DNA from: Glaucostegus cemiculus | Lineage: Eukaryota | Reading direction: 5' to 3' | Length of the DNA: 64,000 nt | Assembly (NCBI GenBank): GCA_976551045.1 | Contig: CDPCPM010000033.1 | Location: forward strand, 10,354,001-10,418,000 | Shown: in pieces, positions 10,977 through 24,920 of the stretch | Numbering within the stretch: the stretch's first letter is position 1 | How the letters are laid out: each line of letters starts with the position of its first letter | Translations under genes and position numbers: made by a program | The notes under the pieces: model-generated | What the model saw: the letters and a program-made list of their open reading frames with translations, nothing else | What the model was told of the DNA's origin: nothing | Database searches by the model: none

Positions 10977-12928
10977 CATTAGCTCTAACTTTAGGCTCCA
11001 AAATAGAGTCAAATCAGAGCCATACTTCCTCAGTTAAATACACCAGTGCTGTCATTTTAGTGTCCAAATATCACCTTTAATGCACAAACAATGGCATTAC
11101 CAATAAAATTTCATACTGTGTCTGTATTGTTCCACTGGACTTTCACATTCCCAAAGAAAGCTGTGTGAACAAACTCCACAATAGCAACATGTTAATATAT
11201 ACATTGCTGATCATCCCATTTCATGGACTATACAGTTGATGTGCGAAAGCAAAGATCCTATAGTAATTATCCGCTTGCTTGCACTGATCATGGGCCTGAT
11301 AAATGGGCAGCACTGCACCTGTTTAGAAACATGGGAATTTGTTTTTTTTATATATAATTTGGGTTGGCAAAGGTGTAAATTCTAAGCTGTTCCTTGAGGT
11401 CTTAAGAACATCTGTGACTACTGCACCATACAGAAGACTGCGCATGTTGGGAAATAGCTGTGGCCTGAAACCTAGATGCAATTTCCTTCGTTGTTCCTGT
11501 AGGACTAATATATAGCCTAGTGCTCTGAAGTACCATGTGTATAGTCCACTCCATAAATATCTCCTTGAGTACCACTTCAACCTCCATAAATATCAAGGAA
11601 GATGTAGGACACTCAGTTGCACCATCACTCATCTGAAGATTAATACTTGTGTCTAGAGGTCTATTTATCTTCATCTTGGCTTGCCAATTCAGAAAGCCCT
11701 GACCACTCAACCTTGGAAAAGGGCAACAATGCATTAAAATGCCTTTTATTTCTCCAAGAGGTTTATGTTATTTTTCTTTTCCCTTGATATCGTCTGAGTT
11801 TGTATGCAAAGTTATGAAAATTTATGCAAATAGGTAGATCATAAAATTGAGTACAATTTAAATTTGTGCTTCAGATTTATCTGAAAACAATAGTGATCAA
11901 ATGAAGCTTGCCTTAAAACTCCAATTAGAATAGAGATGAATTTATTCCATCTTTAACATCCAGGTGATTTGGGTATCTTTGTAGACGGCTGGACCTACTG
12001 CCAGGTGTGTTCTGGAGGATTTCTTTAAGTACCATGCACTGCATTTGCTCATAAGAACAGATAATCATGACAACACAGGAGCAGTGCTTTTAATCTTAAT
12101 AATTAATGCCAATTATTTGGCAAATTCAAGATTTTCTGCTGATAAATATTATTTATACTACTAGTTTTGATTTTGATGTTCAATATATTGCTGTGCCATC
12201 TGAACACCTTAACATAACAGCCAGAGTGATGACAGCTCACATTCAATATCTTTGAACAAAGGTTTCTCTTTCCAGTAAGATGTAAGATTTCCATCCTCTT
12301 GCTCTTCACCTTTCTGACCTAGTATGTTCAAAATAAATGAAAACACTGTGTGATCTTTAGCTATGATATCAGCACAAGTTTACCAATGGATACTTTCTAC
12401 CTTTCTCATGAAATATTTACAAAAATGTTCACAATTTTAGTCACAGTTCTTCTCCAACAGTTGGAATATTTGAACTGAGGGTGCTTGCTTATAGAGAGGG
12501 ATGTAACTTATTAAAGCAGCTTTTTCTCAAGAATGAATATTTAATGAAAGTAATATTTTATGACAATCCCCTGTGACTGGTCTAATATAGTGTTTCATTG
12601 AGGTTTTTTTTTGTCTTTCATATACAGATTAGCTAATAAATAATATCTTGCCTGCTATCAAAGATTGAATTAATATCATAAAAATATGACTTTTCTGTTA
12701 CCTACCCGGTTACTACCTACCAAACATGCAATGATAGAAGACCATGTAAAGAAGATAATTTAACAATTTGTAGTGTTAGATGTTGGTATGTTGACTGGAT
12801 TTCTTAAAATACCACTTTTCTGGAATAACTAGCAGGTTGTTTAGGATCACTGAAGAGTTAAAATATAGCCTTCGTAAAATACCAGTTTTATCTCCTGTTA
12901 CTATTAAATATCCCTTTAAGATAGAGCA

Positions 12929-12956
12929 GTGTGTGTGTGTGGGGGGGGGGGGGGGG
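12929..12956. repeat. (GT)6 plus G16 tract inside LTR B
   Basis: Direct reading. Confidence 0.9.
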
Positions 12957-13541
12957 CATGGTTACGACAACAGAAGGTAAAGGACGTAATGACATTTTTG
13001 AAGCAGTCAGTTGGAATCAGTCAGAGAAGAGAGAGAGAGAGAAAGACCAGCCTGCTAGTCTCTATCAATAGATGAAAAATATAACTGTGTCTGTCACTAC
13101 AATCCACGTATGGATTTTTGGAATAATCTGGTGGAGTCCAATTTGTTGTTGACCTGTAGAAGGAAGCAAGTATTTGTGTGGATGGTTACAATTCAAATGC
13201 CTTCCAGGGTGAGGCAGATACTTCAGAACAAAACAGTGGCGTTCACTTTGTTGTTGACCTGTAGAAGGAAGCAGGTATTTGTGTGGACGGTTACAGTTTG
13301 AGTTCCTTTTGGGGTAAGGAAGATGTGGTTGAGTAGTCACTGCTGAGTAGAAACTGAGGTGTCATTTGGGTTCCAAAGTGGAACATGTGGATTTCATAAT
13401 TACCCTCTATTTTCTCTCTGCATCTCTGTCTTATCTTCAGTCAACGGTGGTTGTTGAAGAAGCCTTTGCGCACATTTCACCTTATGGCTTTCTGAACTGA
13501 ACTTTGAGAACTATTTCTAGACTTGGAGTTCGGGAATTTGC

Positions 13542-13608
13542 CACACATACACACACACACGCACGCACGCACACACATGCACGCACGCACACGCACACAC
13601 ACACACAC
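13542..13608. repeat. Compound (CA)n/(CACG)n microsatellite inside LTR B
   Basis: Direct reading; alternating purine-pyrimidine. Confidence 0.9.
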
Positions 13609-15514
13609 TACGAGTTTCGTTTTTGGGGTTAATGTTTAAGATCTAACATTTTTACTTCTAACATTCTAACAATTTTACTTTTATTTTTCTTATTATCATA
13701 AGTAGTTATTAATAAAGTAATTTTTAACACTGATACATGTCTCAGTGTGTTTGTTTTGTCGTTGGTTCATAACACTCCCAAAATTTGAAGTTTATGTAAT
13801 CTTTTTGTGAAGATATACCAAAACTAATATTATCAATTGACAATAGTAATGATAAAAAACACTATATAACCACATTAACAGCAAAGACTTTTGATTGTGA
13901 TGGGCCATGTATCTTTCAATTCCATGAAGACATTCGAGCAGCTATGGCATTTCTATTGCCACTTTGCCTGCGCTTGGCACAAACCATAAATCAATCAGAG
14001 AACTACCCTGGATTAAATGACACCTTATTAAACAATTTGATGAGCTACAACATCAGGACTGTTAACGACATTTGTTTTATGAAAAGAATATTTTTTTCAA
14101 CAGTAATCTGTTTGGAACATTGGCAGTATACATAGGTTTCAGCATAAATACAGTACTTCATCACAGATAATATGGTAGGTTAATTCTTATGAGGTTTTAC
14201 AGCTTACAATATGTCCTGATAGTTTTAACTTGAATAACAATGAACAACAAGTGTTATACTCAGTTATAGAAACCTAATGACTATCATTTTCATTTCCCAG
14301 GTGATGTGTTTAAAGTCTATCCTAATCCAACATTTGGATTTTTCAATCCAAATAAACATCTTCATTAAGAATTTATTTAATTGTGTCTACCTTTGAAAGG
14401 TACATCAATAATGTTTGCTGATTTTAGCCAGACTGCTGATTAGGCATGAAGACATTGGTTCTCAGATCACTTTGTATCAACTGTTTTAAACAGGGACAAT
14501 ACTTCTATTGCAAATAACATATATGAACTGCCCAAGGGATTGCTTACTCATTTTGTTATAAAATTAGCAATTTAAAAACACCATGATGAGACAGAAAGAT
14601 ATTGCACACCGTGTGAACAATTTAATGCAAAACAAAAAATTGGGTGCCAAGATATCACTGGCCAGAAATTCTTAAAAGAAGTTGCCTGCATTCCAGTAAT
14701 TTATTGGGATTGAGGAGGTTTTTGAAGGATTTTACCTACAGGAGGGGAAACATTTCTTTGTAGACACTATTTGAAACACACCTTGTGTGCTGTGCTATAA
14801 TATGCAAAATATTTGTTGATAAGACAAATATAACAAAATCATTGATAAATCATTATTAAGTTTATAACTAATGGTTTATATTAGTGAAACCCAGTGCTGG
14901 GTTCATAAGTAGAAATATCTTCTTTATTCATTCTGTTGAATCCCTTTATACTTCTAAAGACCACCATCATGTTATGTCTCAACCACCTTATATTTAGAGA
15001 CGAGACCCTCAGTCTGCTCAGTCTTTCTTGATAGATGTTTCCTTTCAAGTGTATTTTTTTTTACTTTTTCTTGTGCTTGTGTTTTATTTTGAATTACGCT
15101 CTCTGTTTTGTATGTTTTCTGGATGACTGTAGCATCTGAATAAACCCTGTTCCACTTGTTCTTTGAATCAGAAGTACCAAGCAATTGGAAGTTCAGAAAT
15201 TGAAAATGCAACCAACAGTAATGCTTAATTTTACTCATTAAGGATAACAGTTGAACAAATAATTAAGGTTTGTCTTAAGAGAGATGCTGTTTAGTTTTAA
15301 TGTCTAAACCTTTAAATTAGTGGTGATAATATTTTCCTAAAGTAACATGATTCTTTGTTGGATATTGCTGCAATCTGCCTTAGTTGCCTCCTTCTCTTCC
15401 TACCTCTCCACGTATTATTTCATTTCTCATTTAAAATAGACATCCCCAACAGCTAACTTTAGCCAAAATCTATTTGAGAAAACTATAAAATTGAGTATAA
15501 TATCAATTCTATTC

Positions 15515-15736
15515 CAGCCTCCACAGCTGTAGAGGCTCAGTTACAGCTGTGGAGGCTCAGTCAGTAGGGGCATTTAAAGGGGAGTTGGATAGGTACTTAA
15601 TTAATCAAGGTATCAAGGGATATGGGGATAAGGCTGGAAATTGGGGATAGATATGTTATCTTTTCTCTTCTCATGGAGCAGACTCGAAGGGCTGAATGGC
15701 CTACTTCTGCTCCCTTGTCTTGTGATCTTGTGATCA
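15515..15736 (+). mobile_element. CR1 3' end (same subfamily as the 54-58 kb element)
   Basis: ggtatcaagggatatggggataaggc...gcagactcga..ggc.gaatggcct.cttctgctcc...(cttgtgat)n matches 57745-57914; contains a 22-bp tandem duplication at ~15522-15561. Confidence 0.8.
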
Positions 15737-17074
15737 AGTATTATATTTCACTGATTTCAATGGAAAATAAAATTAACATTGCACCCAACCCTGCCAGTTT
15801 CTCAGTGGCTAAATTTCAGACCTCCCTAACACCAACTTATTGTTTACCATTGGGTGAGTTACCTTTCTTTCTCCACCTCTGATGACTGTAAAGGCTTAGC
15901 CACTGATTTCATTCAAAACTGAGCTTGATAGATTTTAGGATTTTAGAGGAATCAAGGGATAAAGGAATTGGGCAGAAGAAAAGGTGTTGAGGTAGTAAGC
16001 CAGCCATTGTTGATGGGCAGAGTAGGTTTGAGGCTTTGCTTCTATTTCTTCTGTTTATGTGTTCCTTTCATGGAAGAAAATAGCTCTAATGTCTCTGTGA
16101 CAGAGGTGGAATTAGAAGCTTAGAATGTGGACATCTTGGATATTCTGGATTCGACAAGTCAGTAATGGATTGGTTTGGAACTGCAAAATTCTATAGTCAA
16201 CAATTCCCCATGATGTTATTATCCACCTAAAGGTGAAGAAGGTTGTCATTGTGGTGAGGGGGGTGGGATGTGTAGCTAAAACCTCAGGAACTCATATTGC
16301 TATTATAATTTGAATCGTACACCTTCCAAGAAACAAGACAAATCTACTTTAACTAATATCCTCCACTCTTCATTTTCCATTGAATATACATTCTAAATAA
16401 AAACTGCAAAGTACCTGGCAATTGAGCAGAAAAATCTTTTGTTCTCAGTATTTTCAGCTACATGGAATCTTTTTTGAAATTATACTAAATGTGGCAGAGA
16501 AGAAATTAGAGAATTTGTCAGTGTGCATAATAGATTTTGTGAAAATGCAACCAGCTTAAAAGAAATGAAAAATTCATTAGTGTGAGTGCTAGCTGATTGC
16601 TTTATGCTATTAAGTATTTGAGCATGTAAATTGCAAAACTATCAGATGAAAAATAGAAATATCTGAGTCACTTATTAGACAATAATTTCCTTCATTAAAT
16701 GAGATGTGCAGTCATTATACCACTGTTGAACAGACATTTAAGTGTATTCCACGGGCTAGGAATAACTAGTTTCAAGAGACTATTTAATGAATCATTTTAA
16801 TCTCTCTTTATTGAAAATATTGTACCAAAAGAGCCTACCTTTTGTTTCTCTAGTTCTCGAGCTTTAACTACAAATTGCCATCAAAATTAGCAGTGGAGTA
16901 AGGTGACAGAAATTCTGAAATTCATGGTGTGTGACTAAATCATTCCACCTTCACTCTACTTCCACATATTATGTGTGCAGATAACAATATTTTTGCTTAT
17001 ATTTAGATAAATCTCCACACTAAGCCTACTAATTAAATTGTATATTATACCCAAGTGTTTTTTTTTTAAATTAT

Positions 17075-17420
17075 TTAAGGAACATAGGCCTTGCTGCCAA
17101 GAGCATTAATTGCACATTTCATGGCCTGCATTCACTGTATATCACATATTGCTTGTGAACTGAATCTCCTGCTGGCCATTTCAGGACATACATTTCTGTG
17201 GGTCTGGACTCATTTCCTTTCCTCATTTGACTTCCTTTCCAAAAGGTTTTAGTGAACCAGATGGGATTTTGCAACAGCTCACTGGTCACCATTATTGATA
17301 CTGGCTTTTTGTTCCATATTCTTCAATTACTTCTGTTTAAATTTTGAAGCTTCTGTGGTAGGGATTCTTGTCTTGAGATCGAGAGTCAAGTACTCCAGTT
17401 CTAGACTAGTAATGTAACCT
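17075..17420 (-). mobile_element. Decayed 3' end of the second CR1-group LINE family
   Basis: ctgtgggtctggactca...tagtgaaccagatgggatttt motif; recalled elasmobranch repeat. Confidence 0.4.
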
Positions 17421-17879
17421 TAATAATCCATCTCATTTTTTAAAACATTTTATGGGAATTAAACACACAAAGATTCAAATTAACAACATTCTGCAGCTTT
17501 CCACAAGAAATTCTGAACTAAGTATCCTCACTTGGAATTGTAAGGTTATTTTAGCTACAGTGCAAAAGAACAAGAAGTGTTTGTGAATTGTCACTAAAAT
17601 GATGGACATTTTCTTTCCTGTTTTCAAAAAGACTGATTGATCCTGAGTAGCACTTGTGCTCATTTTACTTTTACTTCATGTAATTCTGGGCATATTGTTA
17701 TCTCCTGGTGCAAATGGAGCTCTCATAAACTTTGTAAGAAATGCTGAGTGCTTCATGGTAGCATAGTCATTGTTGATTCATTCAGTACAATAAACAAGAG
17801 AATGGACCTTGCTTTAAATATCTGCAAAACAAAGAACGACTACTAACATGCCACCCCTGCCCAACTTTTCCACTTGATA

Positions 17880-18610
17880 ATAAAGATTCACAACAAGAAC
17901 ATGGAACATTTGGATAATATTCCATAACTATCTTTCAGCAAAGGCAACTGTCAATGTCAATAATGAAATGTACCTGTGGTTATCTGAGGAAAAGGGTGTT
18001 TGAAGATCAATACCTCCAACACAACACAAAAGTCATGGTTTACCAGGAAGCAATGATCCTTGTCATCTATATGCTTTGGAAATATCAACCACCTAGAGAA
18101 AATACCATTGAAGTACAGGAGAAGTGCTACCAATGCAGTCTCTGCAAAACCCTCCCGATCCACCACAGGAGAAGCAAACCAATGTCAGAGTCTCCTCCCA
18201 GGCTGACATCCTGGCTTTAATGAGACTCAGCCAGCTCTGAAAGGCAGATTATTTATATAGCCAACACCAGCCTACCAAAGCAACTCTGCTCCAAGCTCCA
18301 TCACAGCAGGTGATTACCAGGCAGACACAGAAAATGGTTCAAGGCTGTGAATGAAACCTTCTTGGAAATATCCTCACCCACCCTTGGATCCCTAGCCCAA
18401 GACTGCTTAAAATGGAGAAGGAGGACAATGAGAGTTTTGACTCTCTCTATTGGGAGCACATGGAAGCCAGGCGAAGAAGGGCCACATTATATGCAGCAGC
18501 TCTCTTGCCCCATCTGTGACAGAGCCTGAAAGGTCTACATAAGCCTCATCAGAACCCAGAGAATTCCAGTGGAGGCAAGTTATCTTTCATCCCATGAGGC
18601 TGCTCAAGAA
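17880..18610 (+). mobile_element. RTE (BovB-like) LINE 3' fragment
   Basis: Decayed RTE motifs: LRKRVFEDQ.L...TKVMVY, EK.YQ.SL.K.L.IH, LPKQL.SKLHH.R.LPG..RK.FK, C-terminal CPICDR. Confidence 0.7.
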
Positions 18611-20915
18611 AAAAGCAAAGTGTTTCACATATGGACTCTGAGGGCAATTCACGAGATCTGTTGTACTACTTAACTGTCCAGATACTGGATTTTGCCCATG
18701 TTTGGCGCAGGTGTTGCCATGATTCCTGACATCCAATCAGGACACCCACAAAACAATCACATTGACAAAAGGGGGCATTTCCCATTTTCACTTTAAAAGT
18801 GAAAAAGTTTCCCTTACTGGGAATGAAGTCTGTGCCTTTAATTTGCACTTCCATGGCAACCACTATACAGCAGCACAAAAGCCAGCATGAAGCTAAGGGA
18901 ACCAGCGTTCCGTTGTGAGATTGGAGACCCCTTCTCCCATCCCATGTGATCAGCACAAAGGGCTTCTGCCCATGAGTGGCTTAAACCACTGCGAAGTGTG
19001 GGATCATGACTGGATCTTGCACTGAGTTTCATCAAACAGAGTTGCCACAATTGTTATCAGTGACCTCCAAGCCCCCTCCCCATCCCAGGAGAGAAGTCCG
19101 GTACACGACTATGGCAGAGACTGCAACTAAACGTCAATGTCTCAGTCGGGAGATTAAAATTTCTATAGACCCTGACGTATTGCAGAATTTGCTCCTTGTT
19201 GTACATTGAGTTTTAAAAAAAGTCATAGGCCACTACTTTTAGCTCTGGTTTCTGTGGGAATGATACAAATGCCACACACATTTGGTGATGTAATCACATG
19301 CATGAATTACACTGGATGACAGCCATGGTAAAGTGAATCTGGACCAAATACCCACTCCAGTTTCCAGACATCAATCAGAAATGGATTCCATGTTAAATTA
19401 TGCACTGCATGCTCCAATTTCTAGCAGATGTGTGCAGCCTTTATGGCACCACAGCTTTCTTAATTTGTGGAGGAAATTTTCAACCAGGGCTTTTGTTTCC
19501 GATTGCTTCCTAGTGACACTTGCTGGAGAATGTTCAAGCAGAGATATTGGGTCCTAAAATTAAATAGCTTGGGTGAGCAGTAACTGTACACTCAAAGATG
19601 AGCTAGCTGAAATTAAGATTATAAATGTAGAGGAAAGAGAAATGAAAGGAAGACGAGAACATGTTTTATTTTAATGCTAAACATAGACTGTGTTCTCCAA
19701 GTAACCATTGAATGAGTATAGACAAAGGATGAACAAAAAAGCTTGTCCAAAGGGGTTGGGCTGGGAATTGGGAAGTAGGAAGTAGTAATGGCCAAGCCCT
19801 ATAGCAGATCATAAAATACCAGCGGTAAAAGAGTGGCAGATTATAACTAGAGGCAATGGTTATGTCGATAGAATTGAGAAAATGTTAAGACAGCATGTCA
19901 ATGAGGCTAATATTAAAAAATCCAGGACATGGCAGTTGCAATGGGTCTTTTCTTTCCTCCTGGCTTCAGTCTTATTGTTTTATAGAAACTGAAATGATCT
20001 GAAGCAGGAAGTGCATTCTTTTTCCAATATGTGATGGTTTGTTTTTAAACAAAAGAGACACTGAGACAAACATAGCTTGATGTGGTGTACAGGCATTTAA
20101 ATTTTGCTGAATAGATTTTTTTTAAACATAGTTTAATCACTACATAATCACTACATTCACATCACACTGAATAAGATAATAATGGCATCCAAGAAGCTTT
20201 ACTGCTTGCTTTATCATGTTTCAACATTTAGCAGACAAACTAAAATTATGAAAAGATATGGAGCAAAGGAACCAGAATATCTGTCTTTAATTCACCTCCA
20301 GAATTGTAGGTTTGTGAGGCAAATTAATAAAAATATACTAAACAAAAAAATCATGAAAAAATATAGGCATAAACAAAAGGTGCCATCCATTGATGCATTG
20401 ATGTGTGCTGAATAAAGGGATTGTTGTATTAGATACCTTGGATATCACAAGACAGTTGGTGTAGAATTTCATTGCATCATGTTTATCATTGGCTATTTAC
20501 TCATAAGAAATTAACTCAGTTGGAGAGTCTCCAAAATGCAAATTCTGCATTGTCTACAGGTAAAATAGTTACGACATAAAATTCTTCATTGTTTAAAATT
20601 CTCAGCAACAACTCTGAGTCATAAAGTTGATTAATCCTAATTTGAAAGTGAAAATAGGAAATGCTGTTGATATTCCATTGATTTAGCCACTGTGTAAAAG
20701 AGAGAAGCTGAAATTTAGTTTCAGGCATAAATCATTTCTTAGACAGTTCAAGAGTCTTTGACTAGTTAAAGCATCTCTCAGATGCTAATAGACTGCTGTG
20801 TATTTACTGTGTTTAATTTCATTTTTTTGATCTGAAGTTGATGTTCCATTTTATGTAGTAATTAAGACATGTAGTAGGAAAAAATTATCTAAATTGCTTC
20901 ACTTTCTTCTGACAG

Positions 20916-21010
20916 ATGCTGAGGTGGTGTACCGGGCCAGAGATGGCCACGTGATCAAACTGAATATAATAACAAATGAAACAACAGTGTTGTTGGAAAA
21001 CAGCACATTT
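20916..21010 (+). CDS. DPP10: DPP10 coding exon (95 nt; corresponds to human exon 4)
   Basis: Pyrimidine tract plus CAG acceptor (ttcactttcttctgacag|) and GTAAGT donor at 21011. Translates (D)AEVVYRARDGHVIKLNIITNETTVLLENSTF, closely matching recalled human DPP10 DTDVVYKSENGHVIKLNIETNATTLLLENTTF, with both N-glycosylation sequons kept (NET, NST). Phase 1 start, phase 0 end. Confidence 0.93.
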
Positions 21011-21469
21011 GTAAGTAAATTAATTAATATTTTTGTATTTTTATTTCAAAATGCTATTTCATTTCTTATAATGTTGTTACTGTCTGTTCCTGTTTCTGTC
21101 AACTCATGGTGTAGAGGGCAGGTTGTAAAGCAACCATTTCCAATCATGTACAATCATGGATGTTCTCAAATAAAACTCTACATTTCTGAAAGCACTTTGC
21201 ATTAGATAGTGTATTAGTGTTACTTATTTAGCTTCAAAGTTGTTGTCGGATGTTGAACTTTTAAAGTGTTTCTGGCATTATGCATTATTCCACCAAACCC
21301 CTCAGAATATGATTTTAGCGTAAGTTCCATCAGCAAGTGAAGCAGCAAACAGGGCCGCAGCTAACTGGAAAACTAACAGAGGGTGGTGACTTGCCAAAGG
21401 TTCATCTTCTTAACTGAATACACTGACCCAGAACAACAAAGGATTGTATGAAACTACATGCAATATAAA

Positions 21470-22430
21470 ACAATGAAACAGACCATTCAGCACATTTAGT
21501 CTATGTTGAGATTTATGCTCCAGTCAAATCTCCTTCCATGTTGATTCATATAACTCTATTAGCAACACCCTTTGTTTCCCCCTCACATACATACCTAATC
21601 TCTCTGTAAATCCATTTGTACAATTCCCCGGTAGTAAATTCCACATTCCTGCTATTTTGCATCTGAATATCCAGATTGATTTCTATTATTGAAATCCTTC
21701 AGTTCTCCTCTTTGGAAATAAGTGGAAACATTCTTTATGTACCCAGTCTACCAAACCCATCAATGAGGTTAAAATATCCTATTGGATCACCCCTCAATCT
21801 TCTCATTGCAAAATATACTTTGAGTTTTCCTGTTTGAACTTTCCTTACAGGTATAACATAACATTTCTGGCTTGATACTGATATTTATTTTCTATATCCT
21901 CATATGTGCCACTATATGTTTTCTGTGAACTATGATAACTGGATTAGTGTGGTCTAAAGAAGGTTTGATATATGTAAAACATACCTCCTTTTCTTTACAA
22001 TTTTATCTCAATAGAAATTCTTGCACTTGATTTGTATTTACCCTAGGCCTGTTAACATGTGTCAATAGTTTCAGTCATTTTATATATTTATACTCCCATT
22101 GGTTCTCTACGCACAGAGATTTTTATTTTCCTTGTAATATCAGACCTTCTTACATTTCCTAACAAAGTGCAATACTTTACAGATGTCTTTGAAATTCATT
22201 TGCCAATTATACGTCCATACTGCAAGTTTATTCTTAATTTATTTTTGTAATGTTTTTATTGTACTCAGTAATAGCTATTGCACCCCATCCCCTTCCACTG
22301 CCTCTGGATATTAGTGTCAGCCACAAATTCGGTTTTGATTCCAAAGTCAGAATCATTAATGTAATTATGAGCAATAGATCCTAGTGCTGATTCTTGTGGG
22401 ATCTCACTTACCATCTCCTTTGGTTTGTCC
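21470..22430 (-). mobile_element. Heavily decayed CR1 LINE
   Basis: gaaacagaccattcagc tail, aaattccacattc, gatcacccctcaatctt, agtgtggtcta, tagtgtcagccacaaatt antisense RT motifs. Confidence 0.5.
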
Positions 22431-23049
22431 AGTTCTCATGTAGTTTTCTTGTTCCTATACAAATGATGTGCTTGTCACAACATGAAGTAAATTTGTCCCT
22501 TCTGACGATGTGATATTTGTTTTGGAGGCAAAAATCTTCATGAGTCCAGTAGACATTCTGATGTCAGGCATAAATGCAATGACTGACTGCTTTCACAAGG
22601 GTAAACTTCAACCAAACCTGGCCAGATCGATGGCTACTCCATTCCACCTCGCCAACCTCCTGACATCAGCAACACTGCTGGTTACGTTCCATAGAGAGAA
22701 AATATACTGTGACGCTTTGGAGGTCTCTGGCCTTTCACAGCCATCGCAGAAGGTTACAGCCAAGACTAAAATATGGATTAACATAAAATAAATCTGAAGT
22801 TGTTGGAAACACCCAATGAGTTCAGCAGCATTTCTGAGGGAGAAAAAGTGTTGACTATTTCAGATGAAACATATTTGATTGAAATTCTTTTAAGTAACTT
22901 GTTCTGTGCAAAATACTTAATGGCAAGAATTATCACTTCAAATACAACCTGTGATGCTGATGTAGGAATACTGTGACCTCAACTTTTACATTCATGTAAT
23001 TTTGCACCGTGTATTTTGGTTGGTGAACTGCCATACAAAACTCATTGAT

Positions 23050-24920
23050 GTGTGGCTGAACTGTGTTACCTGGGTGGTCACTGGAACCTTAAAATTGACC
23101 GGCTAATAGGTTGTAGGTATTGTAGAACAGCATCGCTCCTGTCATGCCGCAGTAGAGTGTGGTTGTGCAAAGCTTCAGTAACCAGCTCCTGGCAGGAAAA
23201 TCTCAGATATCCTTGCATTGCAATGTCTATTCATTGGACAAGGTGTCAGTTCTCCTGATCAGCTTGGACAAGGACAGGGCCTTAGACAAGATATCATATT
23301 CGTACATGATGGGTGTACTTCCAAAATGGGCTTTGGGGAGGAAATCACAAATTGAATCCAACTACTCTACAAGATATCAGTAGTCCAGTTCACTACTGCA
23401 GTAATGGGAAACAGATGGCTTTCCCATCAAGTCTGGAATCAAGCAAAGTGTCTCGCTCTCACCTGTCTTTTTAGTATGTCACATAGAACCCTTTGCTGAA
23501 TCCATCAGGAAGGACAAAACCATAAGAGGGGTGATGCCAGGCAGTGGGAAGCACTCAGATCAAAGCCTCCATGCACATGGACAAAGCCGTAGTTTTCAGC
23601 TTGGATTCATGGTAGGTCTGCAAATTGATTAGAATCTGCAGCCAGTTTGTGCTGCTCTTTGGCAACTGACCTGATCGATCCTCCATTCTCTTCACCATCA
23701 ATTCTGAGTACCTGAAGGTGCTATGAACCTAGCCCAGGGGAGCTGTGCATTCCTATTCGATGGTGGGCAAGAGCTAGGTCATCAGGTGCAAGGTTCTCGC
23801 AGTGTTTCTGTACATGGTACAGGTGTGGCCCATACCCCTCTTCTGCGCCATGGCAGCCACCCAAACCATCTTCCATTTCATCTGGAGATCCAAGATGGAG
23901 CATGCCCACCAAGTAGTGATGCTCATTTCCAGAGAAAGAGGTAAAAAGTGTACCCAGCATTGCCCTCATCCTGATGGCCTCTTTTGTGTGTGGCTGTGTC
24001 AAGCTGTGCATAGGACCAAATTATGCAAGCACCAAGTCTCACCATGTGCTGAGGTTCTACCTGACCCTGGGGTTGTGAAGGATAGGCCTGGCCATGTTGT
24101 CGCTCAATGGTGCATTCAGTTGGACTTTGCTGAACTACCTGATATTCACAGAAAAATTCCTTCAGAAAAATAACTTTGACCACAAGTTCATCAGGCAGTG
24201 ATCAGCATGGAAGGTCCTGCAGGAGAAGAGCACAATGGATCCTCTGGGATGGTTTCCTGAGCAGACTGTCAAAACCATTTGTCAGAATGTATCATCACCA
24301 GAACTCATCAACAAGCACCAAGACCTCAGTTGGTTGTCAGTGAGAGGCAGCCTCCCTATCAGATCCTTCCTCCGCAGTTGGAGTCACACTTCCCTTGACA
24401 CAGCTGCAATGAGGATAAGACAATTGCCCTCCTCTTTGTGGACTTGCAATTGGTCTGGAAAAGGATGCAAGGGTCCTTGTCGGGGTTTGTCCTGAGCAGC
24501 TGCATAACAGAGGACTCTGATCTATGGGCTATTCCCAGGGACACATACTGAAACAAACATCAAATGTTGCTGGAAGATCATCAGCTCACTTCAGGCTACC
24601 TGAAATTTGTTGGTCTTCTAGTGTAATGAGATGTCCGAATGTGAATGTTGCTGTTTGGCCCATTACAGCTTGCAGTACATGCTAAAGAACACACTGAAGC
24701 TTGGTGTAGCCAACCCAAAGGCTTTGTGGGGAATGACTGCAATCTAAGATTCTGCTGCCACTGTGCACTGATGGGCTGGCTCCTGTGTAACATGATGACA
24801 CGTATATTGACTGGACAACACCATGAATGTATAGACTGGATGACACCATGAATGTGAAGAAAGACATATACGATAATATAAAACAGTACATATTTTTAAT
24901 GAATGAAGTTAAGTTTTTGA
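23050..24920 (+). mobile_element. L1-clade (Tx1-like) LINE ORF2 relic
   Basis: LISLDKDRALDKISYSYMMGVLPK, FPIKSGIKQ..LSPVF, EPFAESIRKDK.IRGV, LYMVQVWP...IFHFIWRSKM, SSPELINKHQDLSWL.VR.SLP.RSFL; many stops and frameshifts. May extend upstream to ~22550. Confidence 0.8.

Larger units (their letters stand above)
12896..13774 (+). mobile_element. Solo LTR (family B, Gypsy/ERV-type) with 4-bp TSD
   Basis: TGTTA...TAACA termini, CTCC TSD at 12892-12895 and 13775-13778, AATAAA at ~13711, internal ~50-bp direct repeat (13142 and 13247). Confidence 0.85.

Noticed and set aside
11795-11835. Octamer-like cluster (ATGCAAAG, ATGAAAAT, ATGCAAAT)
   Set aside because: Short AT-rich motifs are common by chance in this composition; there is no other support.
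18640-19170. Possible MITE or DNA-transposon relic (GC-richer patch)
   Set aside because: I could not identify matching terminal inverted repeats or a TSD.
20894-21205. 103-aa ORF as a standalone gene
   Set aside because: Only 20916-21010 resembles DPP10 and it is bounded by splice sites; the rest is intronic read-through.
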